Source: an uncultured Rivularia sp. (GTDB lineage: Bacteria; Cyanobacteriota; Cyanobacteriia; Cyanobacteriales; Nostocaceae). From it: 64,000 nucleotides of DNA. Below are positions 60,611 to 64,000 of the stretch, piece after piece. Under the pieces are notes generated by a model that saw only the letters and a program-made list of their open reading frames with translations, made no database searches and was not told the DNA's origin. The stretch covers positions 5,184,001 to 5,248,000 of the forward strand of contig OY762007.1 of assembly GCA_963665115.1 (NCBI GenBank), read 5' to 3'. Within the stretch, counting starts at the first letter, position 1. The number at the start of each line of letters is the position of its first letter. The translations under genes and the position numbers were made by a program.

Positions 60611-63600
60611 GTGACTCCCCGCGCAAACCAAATCCAAAGTATGATTGCAGATATTGATAAATTACTCGCTCACAAAGGTAAGCGGTTGTGGGGGGTGATT
60701 TCTTCTCAAGAAGAACCACGTGAAGTTTTACAGCGTATTCGGGATTTCCTCGCGAATGAAGGGGAAGGCAGTGGCGATAATTCTTCGCAAGCACAATTAC
60801 CTCCTTTGGTAGCAAAATTTATTGAAGGAAACCAGGATAGTGGAGAGTCACAGCAGCCACAATCTACTGAAAATCTGCTCTCTGAGTTAATACAGCCGCT
60901 TAAATTAGAATTAAAAACGCTATCTGAAGAAAGAGCCAATTTGGTTAGTGAAATCCGCGAGTTGGAAAAAAAGCGGCTGCATGATTATTCTCTAGCGCAA
61001 CAGTTGGCTTCTCAGGAGAAAATAATTTCTGAATTCATGCAGGTGCTAAGGAGTCGCTTGCAAGATGATATCGTAGTGGGTAATTCTGTAACATATGAAG
61101 ATAGTAGTGCTAATACCATTACCAGGAAAGCTCTCCCCGCTTCTAGCGATAGAGTAGATTCTGGACGGGTAGAAAATTTAACTAAATTAACCAACGATTT
61201 AGACCAACGTTTGGTCGCTTTAGATGGTACGGTAAATGTTGTTTTTGAAGCATTACAGCGCAACATTCACGCTTATCATGATTCCTTGTCCCAAGCATTA
61301 TCAAGAATGCATTATAAGGGAGTTCAAGGAGAGCAACTGCTAGAAAGTTTTATTAAAAACGTTGCTAATCTCTCACCTTCTCAAGCGAATTCGGAACTCA
61401 TCAAGCAAGCAACAGATGACATAACTGTTGAGACTATTGATGCTCAAAGTGTTGAATCAACCCAAGTCAATCATCAGTTACAAAACGATTTTGAACCTGT
61501 TGAAAGCAATGAATTTGAAAGTGATGAGTATAATCAAGATACTAACGATAATTTAGTCGTTACTCCCGACGAAACTATTGATAGTATTGAATTCTCTCAA
61601 TCTCAAGAGATTTTGGATGATTCTTCTAATGTTACTTCCGATTTAGAAACAGTTATTTCTCAACTTGAAGAAGATGCAAGTGAAGATTTAACTGAAGAGA
61701 AACATCAAGAATTAGAGCCGGACAACTCTGTAAGTAAAGATTTAACTGAAGAAAGTAATCAAGAATTAGAGCCGGACAATTTTGTAAGTGAAAATTTAAC
61801 TGAAGAAAATAATCAAGACTTAGAGCCGGATAATTATTTAGAAGTAGAGTTTCCGGAAGAAAGAGTAGAAGAAGAAGAAAAAGAAATAGTCGTAGAATCT
61901 GATGCTTTTGATTCTCCGGAAAAAATGCAAGCAGTATTGACTGAGTTGAAAAAACCAACTTCTCAGAAAGAAGAATTAGCAGCAGATACTTCTTCAGACA
62001 ATGAAGATGAAGTTGATGAACTTTACGCTAGCTTATTCGATAGCGATATTTCTACTACTTCCAATCCTCAACCTCCTCAACAAGTTATAACTCAAGCTAT
62101 TGATGTAGAAAATCTTCCCACATCCACATCCACATCAACAGAAATTGATTCGCAATTACAACAAACACAAATAGAAGAAGAAAAAGAAGTAGTTTCTGAG
62201 GAAGTGGTTTTTGAATATGTCCCCCCATCATCAACTGTAGATCCTTCGTCAGTTGGAGATCCTTGGATTAATCGCGGTAATCAAGCCTCAGCCCCCGATA
62301 GTGAATCTACTATTGAATTTAAACAAAATCCACCACAGTTAAATCAAGCCGCTGCAAAAACCTATAAACGGAAACAAGCAGCAAGTGAAGATACAGTTAC
62401 AACACTTACAGAACTTTTATTTGAAGAAGCACCACCGGAAGTAGCAGATGAGGTGCCAACGCAACAAGAAGAAACCGCTACACCCGAAGTACAGCATCAA
62501 GTTGTGGCTCTAACAGAAGAAACCAGCACACCAGAAGTACGGCAACCGAATCAGCCAGAAGCCGTTATTCAACCAACATATAAACCACAGTTACAGGAAA
62601 TTACCCTTCCCGCAACTTCCCTTCGTCAACCAGATAAAGAGAAAGAAGCGACAACTCAAGCCAGTGCTTTAGATACTCCACTCCCCCAAACCGAAAAAAC
62701 TGTTGCTCCAGATGAACAAAACCTCTCGCAAAACACTTTACCTCCTGTTACCAGTACCGAAATTCCTTCCATAAACCCCAGCCATACAGTTTGGTATTTG
62801 GGACTAGATATAGGCACCACCGGGATTTCCGCTGCATTGTTAAATCGTTCCACAACAGAAATACATCCGGTTTACTGGGCACAGGAAAACCAATCCCAAA
62901 CAAATTCTCAAAATCGGAATTTCCGTTTACCGGCTGAAGTTTATCTTCCCAAAACTTCTATTAGCCAAGAGAAAGGGGAAAATTCCGCCGAACAAAATAT
63001 TTATTCAGCATATTTAAAACCATATTTACCAATTTCTCTTCCTTACAAAAGCATTTCACAAACGGCTTCGAGCGAAGTACGTCAAAAATGGGAACCAATA
63101 CTGCAACTTAACGAATTCTCCGCAGTTTCCCTTAGTTTGGATTATCCGTTCCCTTTCAAAATTGCTATTAACTTTAAAATCCGATTCCAATAGCACCACT
63201 CTGGGATTAACCGCTACTGCAATCGGGATCGAAAAAGAGCGATTTAGCGATATAATTAACAACATCGCCGGTATAATTTGTACTTGTCCTTCCGAATGGT
63301 CAGAACAATATCGCTTTAATATTCGAGAATCGTTACTTATTTCTCAATTAGTAGAACATCCCCAACAAGTCTTTTTTGTCGAAGAAGCCATAGCCAGCTT
63401 ACTAGGAGAACTTGAAGGTGCTAACGGTGAAATAGTAAAACTAGTACAAAACGAAAATTCGGCTTCTACAGTCACGAGCGATCGCCATCTTTTAGGCAAC
63501 ACTTTAGTCATCAATATCGGAGCCAGCGCTACCGAAATGACATTAGTAGATATACCTGAAGACTTGCAGGATTTATCACATAACGAGTTTATGCTCCACG

Positions 63601-64000
63601 GCTTTACCTGCGGTGGAAAAGCAATGGAGCAAGATATAATCACTCAATTACTACTACCCGCAAAATGGCGTAAATCGCGCAATTCTGAATCGAACGATCC
63701 GAATACCGATAATAATCCCCTACATTGGAAACCTAATATTCCCGGCTTAGAAGATATACGTTTTTCCAGCCTGGGCTTAGAACAATTAGAACTACCTCGC
63801 GCTGGCGAACCCGATATCAGTCAACGCATTCGCTTACAGCAAAGACTCGAAAGTTCACCCTTGGGTAAAGCCCTACTAGATGCGGCGATCGCCCTTAAAT
63901 TAATTTTGCAGCACCAAGAATCTTTTACCATCGAGCTATCAGATCAAAGATGGGAATTGCAGCGAAGAGACTTAGAATCTCAAGTATTCGTCCCCTTCGT
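60611..64000 (+). CDS. Large protein: N-terminal coiled coil, acidic linker, C-terminal Hsp70/actin-like ATPase domain; frameshift at ~63127; truncated by the window end
   Basis: LGLDIGTTG; after the shift CTCPSEWSEQYR, FVEEAIA, VINIGASATE; AAGGA SD before GTG 60611. Confidence 0.75.

Overview
AT-rich chromosomal window from a heterocyst-forming cyanobacterium (Nostocales, Rivularia-like). This assignment is an inference from frequent HIP1 GCGATCGC octamers, heptamer STRR arrays and a gene order I recall from the Nostoc PCC 7120 all4499-alr4505 region. Contents in order: cofH; a GT2-GtrA/GT-C glycosylation pair; three tandem SLH-porins, a Crp factor, phoX and sphU-sphS-sphR; the coiled-coil pair zicK/zacK; hisA and csaB; an accessory block (LRR protein, rubrerythrin, two Ser/Thr kinases); pgeF, birA, an M23 peptidase and ribE; a defence island (ABC-ATPase + TOPRIM, Uma2, a C-protein-controlled type II R-M, GmrSD); a U32 protein, a LysR cluster, cobT and crp; a tnpB-only IS200/IS605 element; and an Hsp70-like giant ORF running off the end. 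I saw no rRNA, tRNA or CRISPR array. Best new candidates: (1) two unannotated tandem 38/42-aa basic peptides sharing VPDYGRPKRRELGF, downstream of a heterocyst-type DIF1 promoter signature; (2) a 392-codon in-register antisense ORF over tnpB that ends exactly at the predicted element boundary; (3) an R-M system with matching C-boxes in front of both C-R and M and an endonuclease I cannot place; (4) a LexA box over the zicK promoter; (5) nested micro-mobile elements with covarying hairpins. Five single-base frameshifts at short homopolymers suggest long-read assembly errors.
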